DNA from: Bugula neritina
Taxonomy: Eukaryota > Animalia > Bryozoa
Assembly (NCBI GenBank): GCA_964035545.1
Contig: OZ037771.1
Coordinates: 1,995,628 to 2,059,627 of the forward strand
Reading direction: 5' to 3'
Length of the DNA: 64,000 bases
The position numbers and the translations under genes were made by a program. The notes beneath the pieces are model-generated. The model searched no databases and was not told where the DNA came from. It saw only the letters and a program-made list of their open reading frames with translations. Within the stretch, counting starts at the first letter, position 1. Every line of letters starts with the position of its first letter. This document shows positions 1 through 31,239 of this stretch, piece after piece.

Positions 1-1716
1 GTTATGGTGGAGCCACACAACTCGAGTGTCTACCGACTGACCCGTCATGGCACCCGGATTCTAACACCGATTTCCTGTCGTCAACGCTGCTCACCACGGC
101 TAAATTTTCTTTAGGTTTATAGAATTATTTACTCATTACGGCTAAACTTTCTATAGGTTTGTGGGAATTATCTACTCACCACTCGAGATTTTCTGCATCA
201 AAATATGGCCACCGGATGGCATAATATTAGTTTTAAGAGATGGTTGCAATTTGAATGAAAAATTATAAGTTAGAATGATGGCTAGATACGTAGATAAAGG
301 TCTACATCTCCACATTTATTTTAAAATTTAAAGCAACTATGTGCAGATGGTAATTGGTTTATGAGAAGTTATCAACTCCCTAAACTATTTCCATATTAAA
401 GCTGCAATGTTATTATTACAGACTAGCTGTTTTAAAATAGTTAGAGCTTTTCTGTAACACAAGTTTTACCATTGTTTTTATTTAAAAAACCTCTTGCTTT
501 CTTGCTTCCCCTTTTGTGACAACATGTAACAGTGCGCTTTTATATCCCACAGGCCAACATGATGGAGTTTTCCCCTCTACAGCAGAAAACTCTGTAATTG
601 AATGCGCAGTATGCTTTACCAGGAAACCAACTACGGTGGGTTCAGAATCTGTCTCAATTATTTTAATTAATAAAGTTGTGGATTAAAAGCATACCTCGTG
701 ATACTAGATCATGCTACATCTATTCATATTCGTGGGAATCATTGTACAGAATAGATCCCATAAATGTCCTTCAGAGAGTTTAAATATGTGCAACAGCCAC
801 TATGTGCTATGTGGTGGTCACAGTATTATTGTAGTCTCACTCAAACTTTTGTTTTAGTTTTTCAATTAAGTTAGTAAAATGTTGCAAGGTTTAGTATATT
901 GTGTTTTAGCTGATGATACCAGGGTGGGTGAATTGTCCCCCCTCATGGCGCAGAGAATACACAGGCTATTTGATGTCAACCCCAGGTATTATCATACAAC
1001 TTGTTGTATTATCTAATTGCACAACTATTTCAATTTTGTGCTACAAAAATATGTAGGTTTGGTGAAAACCAACAATTTTTACCTCGAAGAGTGTAACTGC
1101 ATGCACTTTGTACTACAAAATGTTGACTTCTTTGAAAGCAGAAAAAAATCGTATAAGCTTATCTTATCTTTTGAACACATATAAATATTTTGTGTTTTGC
1201 AATCGCCTCAGTATTTGTTACTGCTATGCTGTTAATATTTCATAAGACCATATTGTGCCTGTGAATGTTTTGAATTACTGCATGCCTAATAGTGTACGAA
1301 ACCCTCAAAATTATTTTTTTTGTACTTTCATCAAAGCCCAATAGTTGAAGTTTTGATAAATTTCTATAATTCTGCATAAAATAATGAGTATAGTGTACAA
1401 CTGCACATATTTTGGTATTTCAAAAATAATTAAAACTTTAGACAAACAATGCTGTTCATGGGAATTTCATACAATTATTTGTTAATTCTCAATCTTCTTT
1501 GCTCTTCTAACAGGCATAGCCTCAGAGTTTTATTTTTCTTCAAAAAACTACTGTGTGGATAGGAACCCCGACACATACTTCACTGGCCATAACGACACAA
1601 ATGGACTGCAGCTAACGTTTGTTCAAGCCGGCCACTGTTTCCAGCGAGCTGCTCCGTGCACTGAATACAGGAAGAGGAAAAGGATTAGTTGTGCCGTTTG
1701 CTCCAAACTCAAGTAG
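1..1716 (+). CDS. 3' part (5' end outside window) of a short-chain collagen C4-like / NC1-like Cys-rich domain protein, paralog A
   Basis: Phase-consistent exons <1-114, 553-635, 910-985 and 1514-1716, all GT-AG. Translation: ..YGGATQLECLPTDPSWHPDSNTDFLSSTLLTTAKFSL/GQHDGVFPSTAENSVIECAVCFTRKPTT/LMIPGWVNCPPSWRREYTGYLMSTP/GIASEFYFSSKNYCVDRNPD...RISCAVCSKLK*. The motifs GG..LECLP..P, CAVC, LMIPG...CP..W..EY.GYLMS and terminal CAVCSK typify the invertebrate 'short-chain collagen C4' family. Confidence 0.88.
90..182. repeat. 42-43 bp tandem duplication spanning a splice donor
   Basis: ctcaccacggctaaattttctttaggtttatagaattattta / ctcattacggctaaactttctataggtttgtgggaattatcta / ctcaccac. Confidence 0.8.
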
Positions 1717-2669
1717 ATAGAAAGGGCACTCGGTTATATCGTTACCAAGCACCTGAAGACACCCGTCATTGACACATCCTTGTTTACATTGCAGTAAATG
1801 AGTATTATTATATTTATCAGTATATTAGATATTTCTCCTTGTAAAATGCATTTTACATAAGACTTCATGATTTGCTATATAACCAGAGTCATTACTTTTT
1901 GTAGATAGTGTGTGTAGTTTTTTAGATCAATCATTTTTCATTTTTGACTACCGGCCAGCATACAAATATTTTAAGAAAGCCCTTCTGTGGCTGTTGAAAT
2001 GTTTGCTTTGTACATACCTTGTATACTACTGTACATTATTATATATGACATACTATACTACTATAGATATGATATGCATGTATTATACACATTTGTACAT
2101 ATATGAAACTGAAATAAAACTTTTAGAATATGTATAACTCATTTTGGGATAACTTGATATTTAGCAAAATAATTGAAAAATTTTACAATGATGTAATTGA
2201 CAGCGCTAATCTAAGCTATTTGTGGTTTCTATCATTCATAGTATGCTGACATGTAGTTGAATTTTATGCTCTTATACTAATATACTTGGTTATATACTAG
2301 TTGAAGCCTCAAACTAATAGCTAAAACCATTTAATACTTATTTGTTTATATTAGCTTAAAGCTAAGCTTAATGAGACCGTGGTGAAACTAGGAAGCACCT
2401 GGCATTCATGTCACCTGTCATATGATTGACAAGAGCTAAGCTAGCTATTAACCTATCAGAAGTCTTGCAATTTATTTTTTTGGTTATAATCCGTCTCAAC
2501 AAGGATGAAACCCTATTTAAATTGCTATTTTGCGACATAATAAACGTCTTTAGGCATTTATATTACACTCCCATCATTATTAGATGCATTTTCCACAAGA
2601 CTTTTAATGCTACTCATTAACTGAAGTGATGGCACATCACCTTCAACGCAGTCCTTGCTTGTCTGAAAG

Positions 2670-5610
2670 ATGGAGCTGCTCAGTGGTGGCACTAAAAACA
2701 AAATTCTGGTCGGGGAAAATGTTAAACACCAAAGAGAAGAATTCGGAAGCAAAAGGATTTATTTTTTTGTGCTTTCTGCAGCAGCTGTCCTGATTCTAAA
2801 TTTATACGCTGCTATCAGTCTCTTCCGCACTAGAAGCTCCGTTACATCACTACAACATGAACTATACTGGCAACAGCAGGAGCTCGCAACTCTTGCTAAC
2901 CGGACTGGAAATCTAATACAGATGGAGAAAGAGTTGGCATTGGTGAGAGCTGCTCATGTTTTGATGAATTTAACAGTCTTTATTTGATTTTGAGTTCTTA
3001 ATGCAATCTTTCACTTTATTTATAATGAGATAAATAGTTCATGCTGATAGTACAGAGTTTGAACATCACAAAATTAACTCTTAACAATGAGAAGTCAGCC
3101 CTTTTCACTCTAACTGAAAATAGAGAGTTAAAAGGAGATATTCCATGCAACATGTTACTTCTTCTCACGTTGCTAAGTTGACTAGCTTGTTAGTGCAGAT
3201 AAATATTATTTTTAGAATGATAAATTTCAACACTAAACCATTAGAGTTATGTTGAGTTATTCGTCATGCTAATCACGCTACATATTTCGTTGGAAGGTGC
3301 GACAGAGCTCTCGTACTTATACTGTATCTCAACATACTTTGGTAAAGAGACATGTAGAAGGAAGTGTCATGTCACGATCTTCAATAGATCAATCTCAACC
3401 TTCTAGCATCAGGTTAAAATCATACAGAATTTTAATATTTGCTTAAACATTTACTATAATTGGAGTCTGTAAAAAGCAATGATTTTAAGCAGATTTTAAG
3501 CAGATTTCAAGCAGAAAGCTTAATATATGTTGCAGCTTTTATCGTACTTGTAGAATCAAAATTCTACTAAAAACGTTTTATTTTAAACACTTATCCATTT
3601 GCATGTAGAGAAATTATGATAAAGGATATAAACATGCTATACTAACATTATAGTGCTTGTGTGATAGTCATAAGATGACCGCTAGAATATAATCACTATG
3701 CAATACTGAAACATTCCCTGCTATTAGAGATTTGGATGATTATTGTAGGTACTTAAATAACCATTATTCAAAGCAAGTTATTATATGCCAGTGAGAAAAA
3801 TATAATCAGTACTATGTAATACTTTGAGATTCGGATCATTTTGTATTTAAATAACCATTATTTAAAGCAAATTATTATATGCCAGTGAGAAGTGATTTTG
3901 TATAACATCTAGAGAGTAAATAAAAAACAGTATAAACTCCAACAAAGTTGCATTTTAGAGTTTCATATGTTTAGAATACAAAAGTTACAGGAGTAATCAT
4001 TAAATGTAGTTACTCGTTACATGCCAGTAACTAATGACACATCAGATCTGGTGAACTTACTGCCTTGCATGTATAATTAAGTCATAACCAATAAGGTGTT
4101 TTTCAATACTCCAGGAAACCTGCTACCGAACTGGCATTCAATTTGGACTCAGATGAACATAATCACTGTTCAGGTAAACCTCTTCACAAAGTCTTTTTGT
4201 CTCTTAATGCATGACTGTTTCTTAATTCTCAAATTAGATGTGACACTAGGTGGTTTAAGTGACATGTGGCATCAGGTAGTTTAAGTGACATGTGGCATCA
4301 GGTAGTTTAAGTGACATGTGACATCAGGTGGTTTAAGTGACATGTGGCATCAGATGGTTTAAGTGACATGTGGCATCAGGTGGTTTAAGTGACATGTGGC
4401 ATCAGGCGGTTTAAATGACATGTGACATCAGGTGGTTTATGTGACATGTGGCATCAGGTGGTTTACGTGACATGTGACACTAGGTGGTTTAAGTGACATG
4501 TGGCATCAGGTGGTTTAAATGACATGTGACATCAGGTGGTTTACGTGACATGTGACATCGTGCATTGCTTTCAATTTTATGCCATCAAAATGTTTTAAAG
4601 CAAGTATAACTGAAGTTTATCATCGAATAATGTTTCCATGTGAATAGCATAAAGAAGTAATGTACTTTAAACTTTATTTTGCTGCACTTTCTAGCTTAAT
4701 CTGTTGAATATATTGTTTGAATTTGGAAACCTTGCAGTAGAATATAGAGTTTATAAGGCAACTACTAACTCAGTGTAAATATGATTATCTATAGCAGAGG
4801 CTATGAGTCATAGTCAGAGTTATCTCCTCCTATATATAGCTAGCTGTGTATACTGTATAGTGTATTACTAGAAGACTGTGTAGCCTCATATCTTTTCAAT
4901 TTTTTTAAGGGGCTGTCTACTTAAGGTGGGGGAAATTCTCTTGCCCTCATCGCTCAGTCATTATCTATTCAGGTAAATATGATATTTCAAATATAGGTTT
5001 AAAAAAACATTATTTTAAATGCAATAGTTTCAATATATAACATTTTAATAATATACTCCTATTAACTGAATGGCAAGGCTTGTAGCTGCACATAATAAGC
5101 ACAGCTCTCAATCTCATCAACATCCTTATGTTTTGCATTAGTTCAAAATTTAGGAGGCAACTCGTTTTGAATATTTAAAACTTTAGGTTTGTTTGCATTT
5201 CACGCCAGTTTGTTGTTTCTATTTTAGTTACTTCTAATATTAGTAAAATAATGCATCGTAGAGAATACAAGATTGTAATTATTTTTTTGGTGCTCTTCAA
5301 GTAAGAAGGCCAAAAGAAATCAAAATAGCAGTTATAGTTTACTGGAAGATTAAAAGGATAAGATAAAACATTCTGTCAGTACCAAGGGTGGAAGGTTTTG
5401 ACTTCACTTAACAAGGATTTTCCTAATGAACGCTGTTATAGAAAGTGCTGCTTTCTATAACAGGATTTGCGGCGTCTGCTGATCCTGTGGTTGGTACTGG
5501 AGGGTCTACAAACTTGGAATGCTTGCCTGAGACGCCATCTTGGAACTTGAACTCTCCAGCACATGTTGATGGTGGAACTAAGTTATATCCTGCCAAGCTT
5601 AGTACATGTA

Positions 5611-5675
<65 letters not shown>

Positions 5676-7125
5676 AGAAAGAGGGTTTTTTTAGTTTTTT
5701 AGTTTGAGTAATATATCAATTTTATATTTAAAGAGTACTTTTTTATCAACTCTTATATGTAGTTTTTAAGATTGTCATCATGATTTCAAAGACACACACA
5801 TAAAACACGAAGTATAACCCTAAAACTGGTAATTTTGCTAACATTAATTAAAAATAAAATACAGAAATCAGAGGCTAAATGTTTCAAACAATTTGTAGCT
5901 TGCCTGTTTTCACTTGTAGCAGCACACAAAGGTTCATTTCAAAAAGGTGCAGACGGAGGAGTGATAAGCTGTGCCCTGTGCTACTCGCCCAGGTCACCTG
6001 TGGTAAGTACCTGTGGTAAGGCAGCTACATGCATGTATAGTGAATCTATAGTATGTTAGACATCTCATTTGATAAACTTTATTATGTAAACTTTTTCAGT
6101 ATGGCTGGTTTCCGTCTTTCATGCCTGACCATTTGCTAACTTTGTTCAGATTGAGGAATTTCTAATAATTGTTACTTTGAAAATTAAATTTGGGGTAAAA
6201 CCATTTGACTTATGTTACTGCACCTACATCATAATAGGTGGAAAGGTCTAGCATAATAACCAGAAGATTAAGGGCCAAAAGGCACAAATTTGCTACACTT
6301 CTACTCTGGAACACAGGCTTTCTCATGCAATCTCTCCATTACTGTACCTACCTCAGAATTTCTTTATGTAATATCCTATCACATTTATACAAATAGAAAC
6401 AAGCTACTTTACATAAAAATATCAAATATTTAAGTTTCATCAGGAACCAGACCTTTCATCATTCTCAGATAATTGAAAAGTAAAAACATGGCAGCTTTTT
6501 TTGACACATGATATGTTATGGCAGTCTCGGCATAAATCATAGACGCAATTATTTACTTCTTTTTAAGATAATGATACCAGGAAGAGCAACGTGTCCTGAG
6601 AAGTGGTACATGGAGTATCGGGGTTATCTCATGTCAGCTGAAGGTACTATACTAGTTTTATTCCAGTTTTTAGTCTTATGTAAATAAATAATCAGATGAT
6701 GTACTTACTTACATTTTATACATTATCTGATTGTTTATGTATTTAAGTGTTGAATGAGAATACTATGGAGCCAGGAAATTATAGATTGCTAGCTGTTATA
6801 GTAGTTATAGTGTTATAGCTAGTAGTTTCATAAATAAGCTGTGATATACTTTAAGCATAATGCAAATTCCCTACATGTAAGCTGTAAGCATGATGAAAAA
6901 AGCTATTCTAAAACTTCTTTCATAGCTATAGCTGGGGAACTGCCACTCGGGGCCAAGAACTACTGCCTTGCTAAGAAACCAGACTATTACAGGGAACACC
7001 GTCTATCTAACAGAGGTCTCAAGCTAACAATAGTTCAATTTGGGAGTTGTGACACCAACCACACTCCTTGTTCTGCTTATACTAGTAACTACAGACTAGC
7101 CTGTGTGGTCTGCTCTAAACTTTAG
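2670..7125 (+). CDS. Type II membrane protein with C-terminal short-chain collagen C4-like / NC1-like domain, paralog B (~336 aa)
   Basis: Exons 2670-2942, 3297-3412, 4115-4173, 4910-4972, 5464-5607, 5923-6002 (NAGNAG alternative at 5920), 6568-6643 and 6926-7125 join in frame (1011 nt). There is an N-terminal hydrophobic anchor (IYFFVLSAAAVLILNLYAAISLF) and a heptad-like stalk, then GAVYLRWGKFSCP..IIYSGFAAS..GGSTNLECLPETP..ISCALCYSPR..IMIPGRATCPEKWYMEYRGYLMS..LACVVCSKL*. Intron positions match paralog A (both have a 76-nt penultimate exon). Confidence 0.88.
3753..3891. repeat. Local ~45-bp direct duplication
   Basis: ttaaataaccattatt(c/t)aaagcaa(g/a)ttattatatgccagtgagaa at ~3753 and ~3847. 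Confidence 0.8.
4238..4559. repeat. 26-bp minisatellite (~12 copies)
   Basis: Unit gtgacatgtggcatcaggtggtttaa with point variants; intronic in paralog B. Confidence 0.95.
5611..5668. repeat. (GA)n microsatellite
   Basis: Starts immediately after the donor at 5608. Confidence 0.95.
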
Positions 7126-8311
7126 TTTACTTCAGTGTAGTAGCCCTGAACTAAATGGCCACATTTCACAGGTTATGTTTATTTTTTCTTAATACACAAT
7201 CAAGTCCTTATTGCCATGTTGCTGTTTACCTAAATTTGTGGATGCAGCGGTTGCCTTCTTTTTTATCAAAGTTTTTGCCATTATTTCATTATTAAGATAT
7301 TTTACCCTCCCCCACTTGCGCAGGATCACAGTAGTGAAAGGTGATCGTTATTAAGATATCTCTGTACCAGAAACGAATTTTTGTGAAAAGGTGAAAATGC
7401 AACCGTATGAACAAATCCTTCAGAATTGTCAAAACATAATTTAGTAACCTTGTAGGAGAGAATAGAACTTGATTAAACATAAACATTTCTGACCACCTTG
7501 AAATTTTTTTTATAATTATTATGCTTTTGCTTGCAGATGTTTTTCTCAAATCAATCAAATGCATTTTATTATCTGTTGTAAATAGATTATACAGGGGTTT
7601 GCAGTAAGAGCTTTTACTGGTGATTTGTGTATGGTACAGCTATTCTGTCACTCGTGGAGTTTAGGTCTTTGTTCATGTAGTTTGTCAAGAAGTAAAAAGC
7701 ACCTAATTTTTTGTAAAAATCAGGAAACTACAATTTTAGGCTTTTCAGCATTCTAGCTGTTGTAAAATTAATTAGTTATATTAATTGTAATTATAGGTAA
7801 TTCTGTAATGTTCTTTATCAAAGGCTTTTGTGAGCACAATGAACGAATATTGGCCGGCTTCTATTTTGAAATAAATGCTTAGCATTTTTTATGCCTTCTT
7901 AAGTTATTTTATTTTCAAGGTAATTTATGTAAAGTTAGAGTCTACAAAGTTGTGACTAATAATCTTAAATCTATTTTTCATTATTTTCAAGTTGCTTGAA
8001 AATTGACCAAGCAAAACTATTTACGGAAATGTTATTTTAACAATAATTTATTATTACAATATTACTTGATGACTATTATGTTCAGGTTAGTTTGATAATA
8101 TAAATGTTATAATAAATATGTATATGAGTTCTATGGAAAGCAGTTTATTCTAGGAGAAGCCATAAAACTAGCAATAATATTCTATAGCAAATAGACAACT
8201 GTAGTGAAAGTTGAGGCAGATTTTGACTACTTAAATAGAGCACAGATACTTTGACAAATATACAACACAAATTAACTACTGCCAACACTAAAACTTCTGT
8301 CACTGTCACCA

Positions 8312-26853
<18,542 letters not shown>

Positions 26854-27679
26854 CTTACAGTTTTTGTATTGCAACCTGCAGAAGTGTAATAAATAAGTTA
26901 TATATTTATCATGTTTCCACACCATTATAAAGAGGTTTGTAAATTTTCCAAAAATGATTGTGCAATAAATGTATACTTTTCGAGCAGTTTTTCTTTTTTT
27001 AAATATTATTTACAGTTCTTGATTGTATGGAAAAAATCATTCTTTTTTTATGCTTAAAAAAGTAAAAACATTTTTTGTAAAACACTTCTTTAGTATAACA
27101 AATTAAACTTTAAACATTTTTAAATAGAACTGTGATTTTTATATGAGATATGTTACCTTAAGAAAGCAATATTTTGAATACATAATGATATTTTCAATCT
27201 TATATTTTTAATAATATACTGTCAATATTACATAATAACTCATAATTATCTTATAACTGATAAACAACAAGTCCGAATACAAAATTTTGAATTTATTTAT
27301 AAGAAAAAAATATTAAAACTTGCCAATTTAGAGATTTTCTCCCCTCAGTTCAACGTCTAACTAATAATAACGTTTTTATGACTGAGTAGTAATACTGATG
27401 ATGCAATAGCTTCTTTTGGTAACATATATCTACATCTTTTACTTTATTATCTAAAAATAAAAACATATTATCATAACAATTGACAAAGCAACTACAAAAA
27501 ATAGAATCAAAGCTTTAGCCATTCAACTTACATGAGCATTATATGATCATTATTTAAATTTATATTTATTAGAAGTTGAAGCTAACATTTATGACTATAA
27601 AACAATTATATTATGAAACAATATTATTATTTCAACTTAATGTTTCTAACTTTGAATGCAAAACAAATTAGGTAAACGT

Positions 27680-27797
27680 AATGCATTGAACAACTACATT
27701 AATGGTTGACAAACAAAATAGATAGAGATGATGCATTGGACAACTGTATTAATAGTTGACAAACAAAATAGATAAATATAATGCATTGAACAACTAC
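27680..27797. repeat. 50-bp tandem duplication
   Basis: atgcattg(a/g)acaact..attaat.gttgacaaacaaaatagata repeated at 27681, 27731 and partly at 27781. Confidence 0.8.
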
Positions 27798-27819
27798 ACT
27801 ATAGCGCACAGCACAACTT

Positions 27820-27908
27820 ACGTGTAACTTACACAGACAGGACTCTGAACTGAGCTGGTGTTAAGTGAACAATTGGTACAGAGAACTGTGCCTGTGGGTT
27901 AGAGCTGC
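27820..27908 (-). other. Probable non-coding 5' UTR exon of the ABCC5-like gene
   Basis: The first coding exon is preceded by an acceptor (CAG at 26877-26879 on the - strand), so an upstream exon is needed. This GC-richer segment ends in two tandem GTAAGT donors (27832 and 27821), with a CCAAT element at ~27926. Confidence 0.45.
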
Positions 27909-30900
27909 CTGTAATGATTCACGCCCAATAATAATAACATCTGATAGAAAATATTCTTACAGGTTACCACAATTATGCTGGTTCCCTATTCAGAGACATC
28001 AAAAGATATTACCCATCACCTATGTATAGAAACGTATCTAGAAGTGTTGGCAAAGGTATTACAAGCTAGAACGATATGTCTACGCATTAAGCAATTTCAG
28101 TGCTCAGACATTTTGTCAAACATTTGATTTATTTAAAATTAACAAAAACGGAAAGTTATTCTCAAAACTGTTTGATAGTACCAGCCAAATCTTTGCAAAA
28201 TGATGGAACTAATAGAGTTTTTTAGTTTTCTCATGTTTAATTGGGGAACAAAACTTTAAGACAAATATTTTCGCAAAACTTATTGTGTCTTAGAGATAAT
28301 TTACTGTAAAGACATAAAAGCTACACACAAACAACAAACTAGTTCATGATTGACTTGAATATATTGTAGTAATCAAAGTATATATTTACCAGTTTTACGT
28401 TCCTCACTACGCATTGTGTTTTATACATATTATAATATTATGAAAGAAACAATATATTTCATTTACTATAAATGAAATGCAAAAACTAAATTTGCTTTCG
28501 ATCATCATAACAGCTAGGTACTGATAATGTTTGAAAATACTGAAGATGCGTTCAGATGAGACCGGACATTGTACTATACACTACAGCAATACAATCATAT
28601 ATGCAACTATATACACCTTCATAAAGATATTTAAATGCATACAACGTACATTTACCTACAGCTATATACAGCCATATACATTTATGTACAACTATATACA
28701 CATATATACAGCCATATGCATTTATATACAGTTATATATACCTGCATGCAACCTATATATGCAGTCAAATAAATTTGTGTATACATCTATATACAACTAA
28801 TGTATTATATATAGTTTGATATACATTTTAAACAGCTACACATAGGTATAATACAACGATATATACAACTACATACACAGTTATATAAGTATATATATAC
28901 ATCTATACACAGCACTATAGCTATACAACTATATATAACTATATACAGTCATATGTATCATATATAAGGACTCCTACTTTCTATATGTTGCAATGTTCCA
29001 CATCTTAACTTCTTCATCACTTGAATGCTATTTGTAGAAGTTTTTGCTTTTACCAGTAGAAATGCCGTTCTTAAATGACTGCAGGTTGATGCTAATATCT
29101 AGTGTACAGTCTGATGTTTCATAACTCGAATACAACCAGCCAATATATTCTTCACGGCAATCTAACAGTGCAATGGTGTCGGCCATTTTATATAATGTGA
29201 GAATAGACAATGAAATAAAACATGAACCAAATGCAAATTATGAGCTATTAAGAGAGAACATAATCTAATATTCCATCTTGAACTCCTTTAAACAAACATC
29301 TGCAACAAAAGTCATGTAATTTATGAGCTGCTAGGAAAAAAGCCCACTTGAACTAGTTCACTAAAGCTGAGATCATATAGAACACAAGAAAAGCTGGAGT
29401 TGTCTGCCTTTGGCATAAATTGGTGATGCAATAATTGTTTGAAGTTCACAACCTATATGACTTGTCACCTAAAACTTATAACTAGCTGATGAAGTTGAAC
29501 ACTCACGGCTTTCATCAATGTTTATTTATCTTTATGTCGGTTGGCTGGTTTTTTTTTATCAAATCATGATTGATGATGTTGTGGTGAGATTCAGGAATAT
29601 ATCTGAGGAAATGGAGTGGCTGTTAATGTTGGTCTTCAGCCAAAAGTCATTTTATGGGACACCCTTGGCAGAGGCTTATGAGTCTGGCACTGTCTTGCCA
29701 ACCAGTTCTGCTGCTGCCAAACTGGTTCTGCTGCCATCTTACATCTGAGAGCTAAGAGCAGAACAATTCAAAACTTAGTAAAATTGCTCAATGTGGTAGT
29801 TTTTGAGGTCACTTTTAGTCTAGTAAAACACTCTAATCCAAATATAATGCTATGGTTGTTTCGTTCAATTAGGTTTACATAAAAATTCCAAGAAGCATGT
29901 CAGTCGGACTAATGTCATTTCAACTGGTTCTAGCTAGTTTTAACTTTGATATTTATGGTTGCTTTTTTAATTCTGTCAATGGCAACGAAAATATGACATC
30001 ATTAAAAAGATAGATTTGTTGGGAAGTTGAGAAGTACAGGCTGCGAATAAAATCGACAGCCAGTAAAAGTTATTTTTGTTTGTGTATAACAGTTTGCTGA
30101 AAGTTTGATTTTACTTATTCCAATACAAATTTACCATCAAGTTGCTCTTTTTCTTGCTTTAAAATGCAATTTTCCTCTTTTAGCACAAATTTAATTCGAC
30201 TGTCTATTCCGTATACCAAAAGACACTGAAACTGTTAAACATACTATAAATTAAAAAAGATTCAGCGATATAAAGCTAGCCTTGACTTTACAGGGTGATA
30301 CAACTCCTAAAAATATTGTAATTAGTTGTAGTTAGTAACAAGTTGTGGTAAAGCATCATGCAAATAAGATGTATAGCATAGCCATTATTTCTCCACAAGC
30401 TACCTGTTAGCTAATGTTCTAGTTGAACCTGCATGCATTGTTAATGTTTATAATAATTTAACTAAACCTTTTTGGATTATAATGCAGTAATTTATCTTCT
30501 TATAGATTGAGTTAACCCCTGTCTTATATTTTAATACTGTTTCAGTTATAAGTTGTTCTTTAGTGCAAACAATTGCCCTAGAATATTTGAAAACTAACCC
30601 TCCAGCTGTCATAGCTGCTCAGTTTTATGAGCAATGGCTTTTGAAATTACCTCTATATCTTATACCGGCTGCTCTGGATATAATAGGCATTAAAAGTAAA
30701 TAATTTTTAACTGTATAAACTACTGGACACTAGTAGCTTCAAAACCACACTCTTTCATCAAAGTGCTTATTATACCTTTGTCTTTAATTATAAACTCTGA
30801 ACATAAAGTTATAAGTTAAGATGTGTTTTATCATGAAATAGTAACAAATGTCTAAATCTGCCAACTATTAACCCATTTCAACTAGCCTGAACACATTTTT

Positions 30901-31239
30901 TACATGAGATTTCGAAGTTTATAGAAAAGTAGACTTGAAAGATAATGACATGCGACCTGAATGCTATCAGTATGATAAACATACTTTATTACTCAATTAT
31001 CTAATATTTTGCTATGTTTGCTTAAAATATTTTCTTTTTAGAATGTGTGAAATATTTCCGGTGATTTTGTAGTCCTCAATTAAGATGATTAGCTTATCAA
31101 ATCAGTTAATCCATGTAAGTTCTAGTTATAGAGGAATTGATTTATGAAATAGTAAGTCATTCAAGTTATGATTGCATACACAAATAGCAGTGATTGTTAT
31201 TTTATTTCACAAACAAAGAAAACAAATATAGCAACTTAC

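Noticed and set aside
29518-30310. + strand LPTSSAAAKL and FTG-DTT strings resembling Academ XPG-region motifs
   Set aside because: They are in the wrong order relative to each other and on the opposite strand to the other remnants; likely chance.
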